This document shows, piece by piece, positions 1-8,897 of a stretch of DNA of 54,062 bases. The notes below the pieces were generated by a model. The model ran no database searches, was not told the DNA's origin, and saw only the letters and a list, made by a program, of their open reading frames with translations. The DNA is taken from the IMG/VR virus record IMGVR_UViG_3300044580_000329, positions 1-54,062 of that record, one strand, 5' to 3'. The stretch is from a virus. Its lineage: Duplodnaviria > Caudoviricetes. Within the stretch, counting starts at the first letter, position 1. Each line of letters opens with the position of its first letter. The position numbers and the translations under genes were made by a program.

Positions 1-212
1 TTGCAGTCAACTTCCGTTCAAACGTAGAAATACATCATTGCAGTTTTGAAAATTTTGCAATGGACGGGGTGATCTTTTACGGTCAGCCTAAAGCCTTGTG
101 ATGTAACTCTTGCCGTTAGTTCCGGCGCACTGACTGAGTATATCACAATTTATCAAAATCCTTATGGAGTTGGATGTACTTAAAAAAGATATATATAAAA
201 ATTATAGTTTAA

Positions 213-560
213 AATGCATCTAATTCAGGTGATACAATCATCGAAACGGAAGATGGAATCGAAATAAGAAAAAATCGTCTTAAATGGCTATTAGAAAATG
301 ATGAAAAGTGGGTAGAAAAATTTAGTAAAAATATTTCAGATTCTTTAAAACAAAAATATAAAACTGGGTGGGAAACGTTTAAAGGAAAAAAACATTCTGA
401 AGATACAAAATTTAAAATGAGTTTATCACAACAAGGAAAACAACTTGGATTTAAAAATTCTCAATTTGGAACTTGTTGGATAACAAATGAAAAAGAGAAT
501 AAAAAGATAAAAAAATATAATCCTATTCCAGAAGGTTGGAAATTAGGAAGGGCTCTTTGA
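213..560 (+). pseudogene. C-terminal remnant of a GIY-YIG/NUMOD3 homing endonuclease
   Basis: Open frame with no start codon: ...RLKWLLENDEKW...GKKHSEDTKFKMS...KNSQFGTCWITN...PEGWKLGR. It aligns by eye with the C-terminal half of ORF 36055-36699; the catalytic N-terminus is absent. Confidence 0.75.
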
Positions 561-731
561 TTTTTCATGTGTGTGTTAATTGAACTGATAAGACAAGTAA
601 GAGAAGCAGATCGCTTAGTGGACTAAGTCAAAACAGTTCGTAAGGCAGTTGGACCTTATGTGGTAGACTCTAAATTGTGAAAGTGAGGATGGGTTCCACG
701 GTGTTTTCGTCCTGAAAATTCTGAAATAAAC

Positions 732-815
732 GCCCGGATGGTGGAATTGGTAGTCACGCTGGATTTAAGCTCCAGTGGCCTTTGTGCCGTGAGAGTTCGA
801 GTCTCTCTCCGGGTA
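732..815 (+). tRNA. tRNA-Leu(TAA)
   Basis: Acceptor GCCCGGA/TCCGGGT, anticodon arm CTGGA-ttTAAgc-TCCAG, long variable arm, GTTCGAGT T-loop. Confidence 0.93.
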
Positions 816-900
816 CTAACATGGCAGAAAAAATTTCTTTCATGTTTGATATGGAAAAAATTTGGAAATGTTATGTCCAAATTGTCATTAAAAGATAAAC

Positions 901-1000
901 GGTCCCAGTGGTGAAATTAAACACGATATACCCTCTATCGCGGCCGAATATGGTGTATGTCCGATGGATATGTAGGTAACCAATCCTGCTTGGGACCCCA
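901..1000 (+). ncRNA. Aberrant tRNA-like RNA with extended anticodon arm and CCA end
   Basis: GGTCCCAG/TTGGGACC followed directly by CCA, D-arm GTG..CAC, long arm ATATACC..GGTGTAT, T-like arm GTAGG-taaccaat-CCTGC. Confidence 0.6.
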
Positions 1001-1011
1001 AAGAAATTATT

Positions 1012-1185
1012 ATGAAATTTAAAATAGGAGACAAGGTTTTTAAACCTAAAGGGTACAAATTTCCAGGAATTGTTGTTGCAGTTTTTCAAACAACAACAGG
1101 AGAAACGAGAATAGTTGCTGAAATGATTGATAATGGAATTTTACATATTTTCAATGAATCACAATTAGAACTTGACAATAATTAA
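1012..1185 (+). CDS. 57-aa SH3-like protein resembling type II dihydrofolate reductase (DfrB/R67 fold)
   Basis: Not in the ORF track. MKFKIGDKVFKPKGYKFPGIVVAVFQTTTGETRIVAEMIDNGILHIFNESQLE follows the DfrB pattern F-x-x-GD-x-V-x-K..G..G-x-IV...G..(VQIY/LHIF)....LE. Confidence 0.5.
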   Translation: MKFKIGDKVFKPKGYKFPGIVVAVFQTTTGETRIVAEMIDNGILHIFNESQLELDNN

Positions 1186-1197
1186 AAACAAAACAAC

Positions 1198-1737
1198 ATG
1201 AATTTCATTTACACACTTGTATTTTTTGCTCTACTGTTTATTGGAGTGTTTTTGGGAAAAACATTTGTAGACCCAACTGCCACAGATACTTACCTATTTT
1301 TTGTGGTTATGCAATGGATAATTGGTATTGTATCGGGAATATTTGCTATTGTTGGCTTTTTTGTCAATATGTCAGGAAGACAATCATATTTGGAATTGAA
1401 GAACAGTTATGCAAGACAGGAATCAAATGTTAGATTAGCTGAAGAACAATATAATAATCTTCAAGAAAAATATCAGAAATATTTGGCAGAACAATATCCA
1501 GCTCTTGAAAAGGAAATATTCAGCAACATTGCTTCTAATCAACCAAAGGAACTGGTAGCTCTTTTACAAGCATATCCGGAATTAAAATCTTCAGTTGTTC
1601 TAAATAATATGATGGATAAGATAACCACTTTAGTTTCTAATATTTATGAGGCTAAAAGAAATCTTGCATATGAAGAAGAACAGCTTGCTAACATGAGAAT
1701 AAACCGTTGGTATTTTAAGGCGGTATTTAATATATGA
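1198..1737 (+). CDS. Membrane protein, LemA-like
   Basis: Two N-terminal TM segments, a coiled coil, and motif LLQAYPELKS resembling the LemA core. Confidence 0.5.
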   Translation: MNFIYTLVFFALLFIGVFLGKTFVDPTATDTYLFFVVMQWIIGIVSGIFAIVGFFVNMSGRQSYLELKNSYARQESNVRLAEEQYNNLQEKYQKYLAEQYPALEKEIFSNIASNQPKELVALLQAYPELKSSVVLNNMMDKITTLVSNIYEAKRNLAYEEEQLANMRINRWYFKAVFNI

Positions 1738-2060
1738 AGGTAAAAAGAAACACACTTAACAAACCATACGGTTTCATAGATTATCATTATTCCATTGAGG
1801 AAAAATATCCTCATGGGATATTGATTTTTATGGGTAGTTATGTGAATGTTGATTTTAGAGGTCAACATAAATTTTCTGAAATGGTTCATGAATTGTTTTC
1901 CATGTTTCCAAAAGGAACAGAAGTTCATGTACCTGTAGCTAATAAGATGCTCGTTAAATTTTTTGAAAAATTAGGATTTAACGAAGCTGTACGTATTGAA
2001 CATTGGGGAAACCCTTCAAATGCAACTTGTATGATAGGATTTATTAAAGAGGCGGGTTAG
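1734..2060 (+). CDS. Hypothetical protein
   Basis: ATGA overlap with the upstream gene; FFEKLGF is reminiscent of a GNAT C-terminus. Confidence 0.6.
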   Translation: MKVKRNTLNKPYGFIDYHYSIEEKYPHGILIFMGSYVNVDFRGQHKFSEMVHELFSMFPKGTEVHVPVANKMLVKFFEKLGFNEAVRIEHWGNPSNATCMIGFIKEAG

Positions 2061-2123
2061 CTCAGTTGGAAGAGCGTTGGAGTCATAACCCAAAGGTCGT
2101 CAGTTCGACCCTGACACCCGCTA
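2051..2123 (+). tRNA. tRNA-Met(CAT), elongator-like
   Basis: Acceptor GGCGGGT/ACCCGCT, CAT anticodon, canonical D and T arms. Confidence 0.88.
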
Positions 2124-2327
2124 CTAACACAAAAACAATGGCACAAAAATTTTATTCGGATTTAGGAGAAAAAGATCACTTGAGTCCAAGATTACAAAAA
2201 ATCTCAAGAGAATCCACACAAGGATGTAAATTAGTTTACATTCCAGAGTTGAGGATTCATGTTTTTACAAAGGCAAACGAAACTGCCAAACAAACAAGAG
2301 AAAGATACCTAAAAAATTCCATAAGTT

Positions 2328-2783
2328 ATGGTAGTGGAGGAAAACATATTAAAGCAGATGCAGGAAACCTGGCCAGATAACTGGGAACAAGTTTTAAAAC
2401 ATTTTCAGGAAAAAGATGCTACACATCAAGATCGTTTTCCTAATCTTGCACCCAATCTTCAGAAAAAGATGGGACGAGATTATTGGAAAAAAGAATTGAT
2501 TAATCGCATTAAAGGGGCACAAGAATTGCATCGCTGGGAACAGGAAGTTATTAAAAAAATTATTCCAAAAGAGCAGCTTGAAGATGGTGTTGTTTATCTT
2601 CCTCTAGAGGGCACAGGAGGTCTTTGTAGACATGTAGAAGAAGCCAGATGGGATGCTAAAGAACAGATATTTTGGTATACCAGAACTAAATTCGGATATA
2701 CATTCGAAGATCGAATGGACCATTTTGCAGATGTTGTCAATAATGGAATTGCAGGATTTACCCCTATAAAAAAGAAAGAATGA
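2328..2783 (+). CDS. Hypothetical protein
   Basis: 151-aa ORF, ATGA-coupled to the next ORF. Confidence 0.65.
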   Translation: MVVEENILKQMQETWPDNWEQVLKHFQEKDATHQDRFPNLAPNLQKKMGRDYWKKELINRIKGAQELHRWEQEVIKKIIPKEQLEDGVVYLPLEGTGGLCRHVEEARWDAKEQIFWYTRTKFGYTFEDRMDHFADVVNNGIAGFTPIKKKE

Positions 2784-2998
2784 GTGAAATGCCCCGTAAT
2801 CTTATCGTTCAAAATGCAGATATTCAAATTGAAAATGGAGATTTATTAATTTCCACCCCCCCCCCCGGTCCTAGTTTTATTTCAGTTAAAGATACTATTA
2901 CAGAATTAGTTGAAAAAATCAATAAACTTCAAGAACAAGTTCAAGCTTTAGAAACAGCTATAACATATTTACAGTTAAAAGTTAAAGAACCGAAATAA
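2780..2998 (+). CDS. Hypothetical coiled-coil protein
   Basis: 72-aa ORF with a heptad-like C-terminus. Confidence 0.55.
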   Translation: MSEMPRNLIVQNADIQIENGDLLISTPPPGPSFISVKDTITELVEKINKLQEQVQALETAITYLQLKVKEPK

Positions 2999-3014
2999 AT
3001 AGAATAAAGAGGAT

Positions 3015-3227
3015 ATGAAAAAAATCCTTTTATTTCTATTGTTTTTATTTTTAATAAGCTGTGCTCCTACATCAAAGTACAATAAAGACTATCAAGAAAG
3101 AAGGGGATTAATGCTATTACAGCCAAATGAAATGGCAAGAAATAAACCTTTAAAATATTCTAAAGTAAAAGCAAAGAAACAGTTAGCTAAAAAAATCAAA
3201 AGAGCTGAACGAAAATATAAAAAATAA
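3015..3227 (+). CDS. Small putative lipoprotein
   Basis: Signal peptide MKKILLFLLFLFLISC ending in a lipobox Cys. Confidence 0.6.
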   Translation: MKKILLFLLFLFLISCAPTSKYNKDYQERRGLMLLQPNEMARNKPLKYSKVKAKKQLAKKIKRAERKYKK

Positions 3228-3277
3228 TTTTTTTATTTAAAGTTTTTTGATATATTTACTACATTAATAAAACTGAC

Positions 3278-3580
3278 ATGGAACTAATTAAATGGAGTAA
3301 AAAACAAAGTTCTTCTGGCCCTGGATTTATGCTAAGGGTTAGTCCTGAAGAAGCTTTATCTTTAATTCAGAGCTTATCAGGACAATTAGCTGCAAAAAAT
3401 CCTAATGTAAATAGGGCTGAACATTATACAGAGAAAGGAGAATATTTTTCGATTGCTGTACACGAAAAAGTAAAAACTCCAAAAGAAGAAGAACTCGAAA
3501 TTGACCACATATATAAAAGAATAAAAAACGCGGCCAATCAAGAAAGAGATTGGCCAGGCATGGAGTTACCTTTGCCTTAA
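3278..3580 (+). CDS. Hypothetical protein
   Basis: 100-aa ORF after a promoter-like TATATTTA. Confidence 0.6.
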   Translation: MELIKWSKKQSSSGPGFMLRVSPEEALSLIQSLSGQLAAKNPNVNRAEHYTEKGEYFSIAVHEKVKTPKEEELEIDHIYKRIKNAANQERDWPGMELPLP

Positions 3581-3582
3581 AC

Positions 3583-3663
3583 GGCTCCTTGGCGGAATGG
3601 CAAACGCGCTAGATTCAAAACCTAGTGTCTTCGGGCTTGAGAGTTCGACTCTCTCAGGAGCTA
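3583..3663 (+). tRNA. tRNA-Leu(CAA)
   Basis: Acceptor GGCTCCT/AGGAGCT, loop ttCAAaa, long variable arm. Confidence 0.92.
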
Positions 3664-3676
3664 CTATTTAAAAGAT

Positions 3677-3964
3677 ATGGATTGGACTGAAGATTCCATA
3701 GAACAATTTATCCGAGAAAACAAAGACAGGTTTGATCGGTATTTACCTTTAGATAGACATGAAGATCATTTTCTTAGAAAACTATCCAATAGGTTTAAAA
3801 TTCTTATAAGTATTGTTCCACATCTTATAAGGGTCGCTATAGTCACAATCATTGTTTTTATTGTTTCAATATGTATATGGAATCAGTATATTCGAAAAGA
3901 TCGACACGAAGTTACATTAAAACAAAAAATAGAAAACATATTCAAATATGACAATAACTCCTGA
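3677..3964 (+). CDS. Hypothetical membrane protein
   Basis: One hydrophobic segment VAIVTIIVFIVSICIW. Confidence 0.6.
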   Translation: MDWTEDSIEQFIRENKDRFDRYLPLDRHEDHFLRKLSNRFKILISIVPHLIRVAIVTIIVFIVSICIWNQYIRKDRHEVTLKQKIENIFKYDNNS

Positions 3965-4253
3965 AACTGAAGTCACAATAAAATGTGCTAAATGTGGTAA
4001 TGAATTAGATGGGGATGCGAATCAGCAACGCAGAGAATATGTCATTACTGTTGAATTTTGTCCTTCTTGCTCTAAAGCTATCCAAGACGAAATAGATGAC
4101 AAAGATAGCGAAATATCTGATTTAGAGAAACAAATTCAAAAACTTGAAGATGAAAAGGAAGCTTTACAAATTGCGTTAACTTATAAAACATTAGAAAATG
4201 GCAAAAGATGTTCTTCAAATAACGATAAAAAAGACGAAAGTACCCAAAAATAA
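3948..4253 (+). CDS. Zinc-ribbon plus coiled-coil protein
   Basis: CAKC...CPSC followed by a heptad-rich region. Confidence 0.6.
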   Translation: MTITPETEVTIKCAKCGNELDGDANQQRREYVITVEFCPSCSKAIQDEIDDKDSEISDLEKQIQKLEDEKEALQIALTYKTLENGKRCSSNNDKKDESTQK

Positions 4254-4643
4254 AATTGGTCTTTTTTTTCTGGAAAATTCATTTTCGTGTTTGGCATATA
4301 TGGAGACCCAAAATTATGGCCAACATTTATAAGTTTTTAGCTGAAGCAACATTCTCTATGTTGCCAAAGTGGAAACAAGAAGAATTGCTTCGAGAATCAA
4401 GTGATTTTGACGTTATTGTCAAATTTGAACAAGAAATTGACAAAAGTGACAAAAATGCTAAAGAGGATATGACAAAACAGGCATAAAAAATTAATGGCAT
4501 AAAAATTGAAACTATGAATAGTGATGACTATTACAATAGAGATCGTTCTTACGAATACAAGGTAGTTTTTTGGTGCCTTATATTATTAGTAGTCGGATCA
4601 ATATTAGTATCATTGTTAGGTTAAAACTTTTGAACTAAATAGA

Positions 4644-4731
4644 TATATAAATTATAAAATTGACTATCATGAAGTAGGTTGAAAAATTATATAAATTATA
4701 AAATTGACTATCATGAAGTAGGTTGAAAAAT
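4644..4731. repeat. Exact 44-bp tandem duplication
   Basis: TATATAAATTATAAAATTGACTATCATGAAGTAGGTTGAAAAAT at 4644-4687 and 4688-4731. Confidence 0.95.
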
Positions 4732-4752
4732 TATTCGTAATTACCAGAAGAG

Positions 4753-4971
4753 ATGCAAGCTCATCAATCGCAGGTAGCATGGAATCCTGAACTTACTCTT
4801 GGAACGCTTTGGCAGGTGGTTGTTACAACAACAGAATGGACTGTCGGTGTTGCTTATAAGGTAAATGACATTGTTACTTATAAGGGCAAGACTTATAAAT
4901 GCTTACAGGCGCATACGAGTATATCTACGTGGTATCCGAGTGCAGTTCCTGCTTTATGGAAATTACAGTGA
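4753..4971 (+). pseudogene. C-terminal fragment with a CBM5/12 (chitin-binding type) module, in a foreign-looking patch
   Basis: WTVGVAYKVNDIVTYKGKTYKCLQAHTS..WYP...PALW, preceded by half of a second copy (QAHQSQVAWNP...LW). Confidence 0.7.
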
Positions 4972-4975
4972 CTTT

Positions 4976-5040
4976 GGTATCAATATAACATTTGGGTTTA
5001 TGGACTTCGGTATCAATATAACATTTTAATTATGGACTTC
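4976..5040. repeat. Imperfect two-copy tandem repeat (32-33 bp)
   Basis: GGTATCAATATAACATTT-(GGGT/TAA)-TTATGGACTTC twice. Confidence 0.85.
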
Positions 5041-5053
5041 GGATAACTACGAC

Positions 5054-5329
5054 ATGGACAAAATTAAACATATAATTAGATTAGCTCTCGACAAAAAGAA
5101 ACATATTATCAGAGGATTGGAAATTGCCGTCCCCATTTCTGTTGCTATTGGTCTGTTTTGGATTCGGGATTTAATGATTCTCGGAGGGGTTGTCGCTGTC
5201 CTTGTTGGCATCGGGAAAGAGTTGATTTGGGATAAATGGTTACACAAAGGCACTCCTGAGTTTGATGATGCTTGGGCGACGGCTTGGGCAGGATTGACGG
5301 GTTCGATAATTTGTTACTTCATACTATGA
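5054..5329 (+). CDS. Small membrane protein
   Basis: DKKKH...GIGKELIWD...D..AT pattern with hydrophobic helices. Confidence 0.6.
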   Translation: MDKIKHIIRLALDKKKHIIRGLEIAVPISVAIGLFWIRDLMILGGVVAVLVGIGKELIWDKWLHKGTPEFDDAWATAWAGLTGSIICYFIL

Positions 5330-5600
5330 TACTATTATTTACGGCATTATTTAATTTGCTCGAAGCCATTTACGAAGGGCTTTACGACAGGGGGAAGAAG
5401 GTGGCATCTGCCATTATAGAGTTTATCCTAAAGGCAGGGATTGTCACTGTATGCCTTTTATGGTTTAGTGGTTATAGGTTTTTGATTTATCACTGGCCAC
5501 CTATTCCTTTATGGAATAGAGTTGCAATTTTTTGTTGAGAAGGAGAATTGGAAAAATTCTGTTAGAGAAGCCTTAAATGAATACTTAGACAGCGAATAAT

Positions 5601-5674
5601 CGGGATGTAGTTCAGTTGGTTAGAATGCTAGTTTTGGGAACTAGTGGTCACTGGTTCGAGTCCAGTTATCCCGA
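5601..5674 (+). tRNA. tRNA-Pro(TGG)
   Basis: CGGGATG/TATCCCG, CTAGT-ttTGGga-ACTAG. Confidence 0.93.
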
Positions 5675-5702
5675 CGAAACTAACTAAAATAAATCTTATG
5701 AA

Positions 5703-6062
5703 ATGGAAAAATTAACTTTGGAAACATTCAAAGAAAAAATTTTCAAGATGGAAAACGATGATTGGAAATTTGAAGGAAATAGACCTGCTATTATAGATTT
5801 TTACGCTGATTGGTGTGGCCCTTGTAAAATGATAGGTCCTATTCTAGAAAAATTATCCGAAGAATACAAAGACAAAATAGACATTTATAAAGTTGATGTT
5901 GATACACAATATGAATTATCAGGATTTTTTGGAATACGAAGTATACCAACTATTTTATTCATACCTATGGAAGGAAATCCTGAGATGGCAGTTGGCTCTC
6001 TGGCTAAAAATAAGATCGAATCAATTATACAAAGTAAATTATTAAAAGAAGCTGTGGTGTAA
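5703..6062 (+). CDS. trxA: Thioredoxin
   Basis: IDFYADWCGPCK active site, KVDVD, GIRSIPT. Confidence 0.95.
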   Translation: MEKLTLETFKEKIFKMENDDWKFEGNRPAIIDFYADWCGPCKMIGPILEKLSEEYKDKIDIYKVDVDTQYELSGFFGIRSIPTILFIPMEGNPEMAVGSLAKNKIESIIQSKLLKEAVV

Positions 6063-6071
6063 TTGAATATA

Positions 6072-6143
6072 TGTCCTCTGGTGTAACGGTAGCACACAGC
6101 CCTTTGGAGGCTAGAGTCAAGAGTTCGAATCTCTGGAGGACAA
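6072..6143 (+). tRNA. tRNA-Gln(TTG)
   Basis: TGTCCTC/GAGGACA, loop ctTTGga. Confidence 0.9.
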
Positions 6144-6167
6144 CTACTAAAATAAAAATGTTATGTT

Positions 6168-6560
6168 ATGAGATCATGTGTTTGTTCTTTGCCTGATATG
6201 TATGGGCCCGAAGTTTGTAAGCGTTGTTCTAATGCTTTAGAAGATTCTTATCCACAAAATCCTACGACAGCACCTTATTTATGGCAGCCAAAAACAAAAA
6301 ATATCAAACGAATAACTAGAACAATAGACAAATATGATGCTGAAGGAAAGCTTATCGGAAGAGAAGTGATAACTGAGGAAGTTGAAGATATTGAAAAGGA
6401 AGTTTGGGAACCTATGTGGGGTTCATCTGGAACTATAATTGTAACTTCAACGGACAAGCCAGTTGATATAACTGGAAATACTGTTACTTATAAAAATGAT
6501 ACTCCATTCACATTAACGAATGGTGTTTCTGCACTAGGTAACACTTGTTTGGTCAATTGA
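6168..6560 (+). CDS. Hypothetical protein
   Basis: 130-aa ORF with an N-terminal CVC..CKRC cluster. Confidence 0.55.
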   Translation: MRSCVCSLPDMYGPEVCKRCSNALEDSYPQNPTTAPYLWQPKTKNIKRITRTIDKYDAEGKLIGREVITEEVEDIEKEVWEPMWGSSGTIIVTSTDKPVDITGNTVTYKNDTPFTLTNGVSALGNTCLVN

Positions 6561-6580
6561 AATTTATATATAAATAAATT

Positions 6581-6636
6581 TTAACAGAAATTTAACAGCA
6601 AATATTTTTTTGGATTAAAAACTTGTATTATATTTG
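6581..6636 (+). promoter_or_regulatory. Bacteroidota-type promoter (-7 TAnnTTTG) with upstream TTAACA-N5-TTAACA repeat
   Basis: TATATTTG at 6629-6636; TTAACA at 6581 and 6592. Confidence 0.75.
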
Positions 6637-6652
6637 CACTATATAAAATCTA

Positions 6653-6723
6653 GTTGTAGTAAGACTTAGAGATACTTCGAATCTGGTTATGATAAAAAAA
6701 GAACTCTGGTCAATTTTCTCAAC
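6653..6723 (+). ncRNA. Y-RNA-like RNA 1 (putative Ro60 ligand)
   Basis: GTTG-TAGTAA-GACTTAGAG-ATACTTCG ... CTCTGGTC-AATTTTCT-CAAC; ends pair; lies upstream of the Ro60 gene. Confidence 0.75.
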
Positions 6724-6752
6724 GAAATTTTAGTTCTTTAAGGTATTATTTA

Positions 6753-6830
6753 GTTGTAGTAAGAGACGGGATTACTTCGTAAAATTCAGCAAAAATTTCA
6801 TTGAACCATATCCCCCTCGGTTTTCTCAAC
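6753..6830 (+). ncRNA. Y-RNA-like RNA 2
   Basis: GTTG-TAGTAA-GAGACGGGA-TTACTTCG ... TCCCCCTC-GGTTTTCT-CAAC; same motif with a covarying inner stem. Confidence 0.75.
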
Positions 6831-6838
6831 ATTTTATG

Positions 6839-6879
6839 AAAAGCCTGAGAAGACCATTGTGTTTACTCAGGCTTTTTTT
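6839..6879 (+). terminator. Intrinsic terminator after the Y-like RNA pair
   Basis: AAAAGCCTGAG ... CTCAGGCTTTT followed by a T-run. Confidence 0.8.
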
Positions 6880-7205
6880 GTTTAGAGTGCTCGCTGCACA
6901 CACATAGTACATAGGAACCTTTTTATTTTGTAACTTTAATATTTAATAATATGACTGTAGAAGTTGTTTTATCGACCATTAAAAATGAAGTTAAGGACGC
7001 AGATAAGGCTTCCTTTTGGAAAGAGTGTTATCATGAGGATGAAGTAACTCCTCAGATGTTGAAAAATGGAAAAGACTGGTATCGTTACCATGTAAAATTT
7101 GATGGAACGAAGGCCATCCAAATAACAAAAACAGAAAAAATATCTGGCTAATTTTTAAATTTTTCTTAGTATAAACTATAGTAATTAAAAGAAAGGAGGA
7201 CAATT

Positions 7206-8888
7206 ATGTCTAAGTACAATGTTAAGAGAGAACCTGTGGTTAAGGAAACCGCAACTCATGAAGGAGGACAGGGATTTACCCAGCGTCCAGAAGCCGAACT
7301 TGTCGGTATTCTTTCAACCGGAATTCAGAACACTTTCTATGAAAAGGAATCTGAACGCGAAACTCGTCTAAAGGCGCTTGTTGACAAGCTCTCAAAGACT
7401 AATAAGCTATTCGTGGCTAAGGCCCTTGTATACGCTCGTAGCGTATTTGGTCAGAGAACCGTAACTCACCTCGGTGCTGTAGACCTTTTACCACATCTTT
7501 CAGGAGATGAGCTTGGTAAGAGATTCTTCACTAAGCGTGACCGTAAGGCAAACCGCGGAGGTATTGTTTATCGTCTTGATGACATGGCCGAAATTCTTGC
7601 TTGCTACATGGCAAAGAACAAGATTAAGGATGAAGACAAGTGGACTATGCCTAGAGCTATGAAGCTTGGATTCAAGGCTGCTATCGAAGATGCTGATACA
7701 TATGAACTTGCAAAGTACCAGCTAAAGGGAAACGCAGTTAGTCTTGTTGACATAGTAAACCTTGTTCACCCTGTTCCTTCCAAGAGAAATGGAACAATTA
7801 AGGTTTCGCTTGATGAATTTAAGAAGGCCGTTGCTGGAACCAAGTTTGAAAAGGAATACGACTTTTCACAGCTAAAGGCTGATGAAACTGTTATGGAAAT
7901 TCCTGCCCTTCGTGCTCTTGTTCTTGGAATTCTAAAGCAGTTCAACACTGTTGAAGATAAGAACACTGAAGCAGGACAGGAAGTGGCTGAACTTGTTAAG
8001 TCCGGTGAAGTTACTAAGGAAGAAGCTGAAAAGCTACTTGTTGAAAAGAAGACTGAAAACTACGAAGAACTTATCAAGACCAAGAAGATTGGTTACCTTG
8101 CTCTTCTTCGTAACCTTAGAAACATAATCAAGACTGATAACTCAGAACTTCTTGATAAGGCTTGTGAGCTACTTGTGAACAAGGATTTCATCCGTAAGTC
8201 ACTTGTATGGCCACACCAAATAGATTTATGTAACGAAGTTCTTCAGAGCGAATTTCGTCCAACACAGTTGGGAAAAGTACTAATAGCTCTTAATACTGCG
8301 TATGAACGTTCAATTCCTAACTTAAAAGAACTTATGCCTGAACGTAAAACAGCCGTAGTATATGATTCGTCTGGATCTATGTCAACACAGATTTCTTTAG
8401 AAGAACACAAAAGAGGTATCGCTAGTGCACTTGATAAGGCAGCATTAATTGGTGCAACTTTTGCAAAAGGTTTAAACGCAGATGTTTATACATTCGCAAA
8501 TTCATGCCGTATGTGTACATTTAATCCTACTGACAGTGTTAACACTATAAAGAAATCAATACTTAGTAGCGCTATGCACGGTGGAACTGTATGGGGTACT
8601 ATTTTTCCTGAACTCTTAAGACAAGGAGGATATGAAAGAATTATTATCATTTCAGACGAACAATCACATGATAATGCTCTTAACTCATACAAGGAATATT
8701 GCAATAAATATGGTACTCCATATCTTTACATTGTTAATATTTGTGGATACGGGCCTACTGTTAATATTAAAGAAAATGATAAAACTTATCGTTTATTTGG
8801 ATATACACAAGATATTTACATGAAAGCAACAACTGCCGAAATAAATATTGATCAAGTTATCGAACAAATTAATAAAATTGAAATTTAA
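7206..8888 (+). CDS. Ro60-related TROVE + vWA RNA-binding protein (Rsr-like)
   Basis: N-terminal THEGGQGF/TFYE, ALLRNLRNI, vWA MIDAS motif VYDSSGSM, later GGT and IIISDEQ. Confidence 0.92.
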   Translation: MSKYNVKREPVVKETATHEGGQGFTQRPEAELVGILSTGIQNTFYEKESERETRLKALVDKLSKTNKLFVAKALVYARSVFGQRTVTHLGAVDLLPHLSGDELGKRFFTKRDRKANRGGIVYRLDDMAEILACYMAKNKIKDEDKWTMPRAMKLGFKAAIEDADTYELAKYQLKGNAVSLVDIVNLVHPVPSKRNGTIKVSLDEFKKAVAGTKFEKEYDFSQLKADETVMEIPALRALVLGILKQFNTVEDKNTEAGQEVAELVKSGEVTKEEAEKLLVEKKTENYEELIKTKKIGYLALLRNLRNIIKTDNSELLDKACELLVNKDFIRKSLVWPHQIDLCNEVLQSEFRPTQLGKVLIALNTAYERSIPNLKELMPERKTAVVYDSSGSMSTQISLEEHKRGIASALDKAALIGATFAKGLNADVYTFANSCRMCTFNPTDSVNTIKKSILSSAMHGGTVWGTIFPELLRQGGYERIIIISDEQSHDNALNSYKEYCNKYGTPYLYIVNICGYGPTVNIKENDKTYRLFGYTQDIYMKATTAEINIDQVIEQINKIEI

Positions 8889-8897
8889 AAAGGGGGG

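Noticed and set aside
20-75. tmRNA 3' end (GTAGA...GGACGGGG)
   Set aside because: No T-loop or acceptor/CCA end follows, and I found no convincing intron core that would restore one.
4976-5040. Possible CRISPR array
   Set aside because: Only two units separated by 3-4 variable bases, with no spacers and no cas genes.
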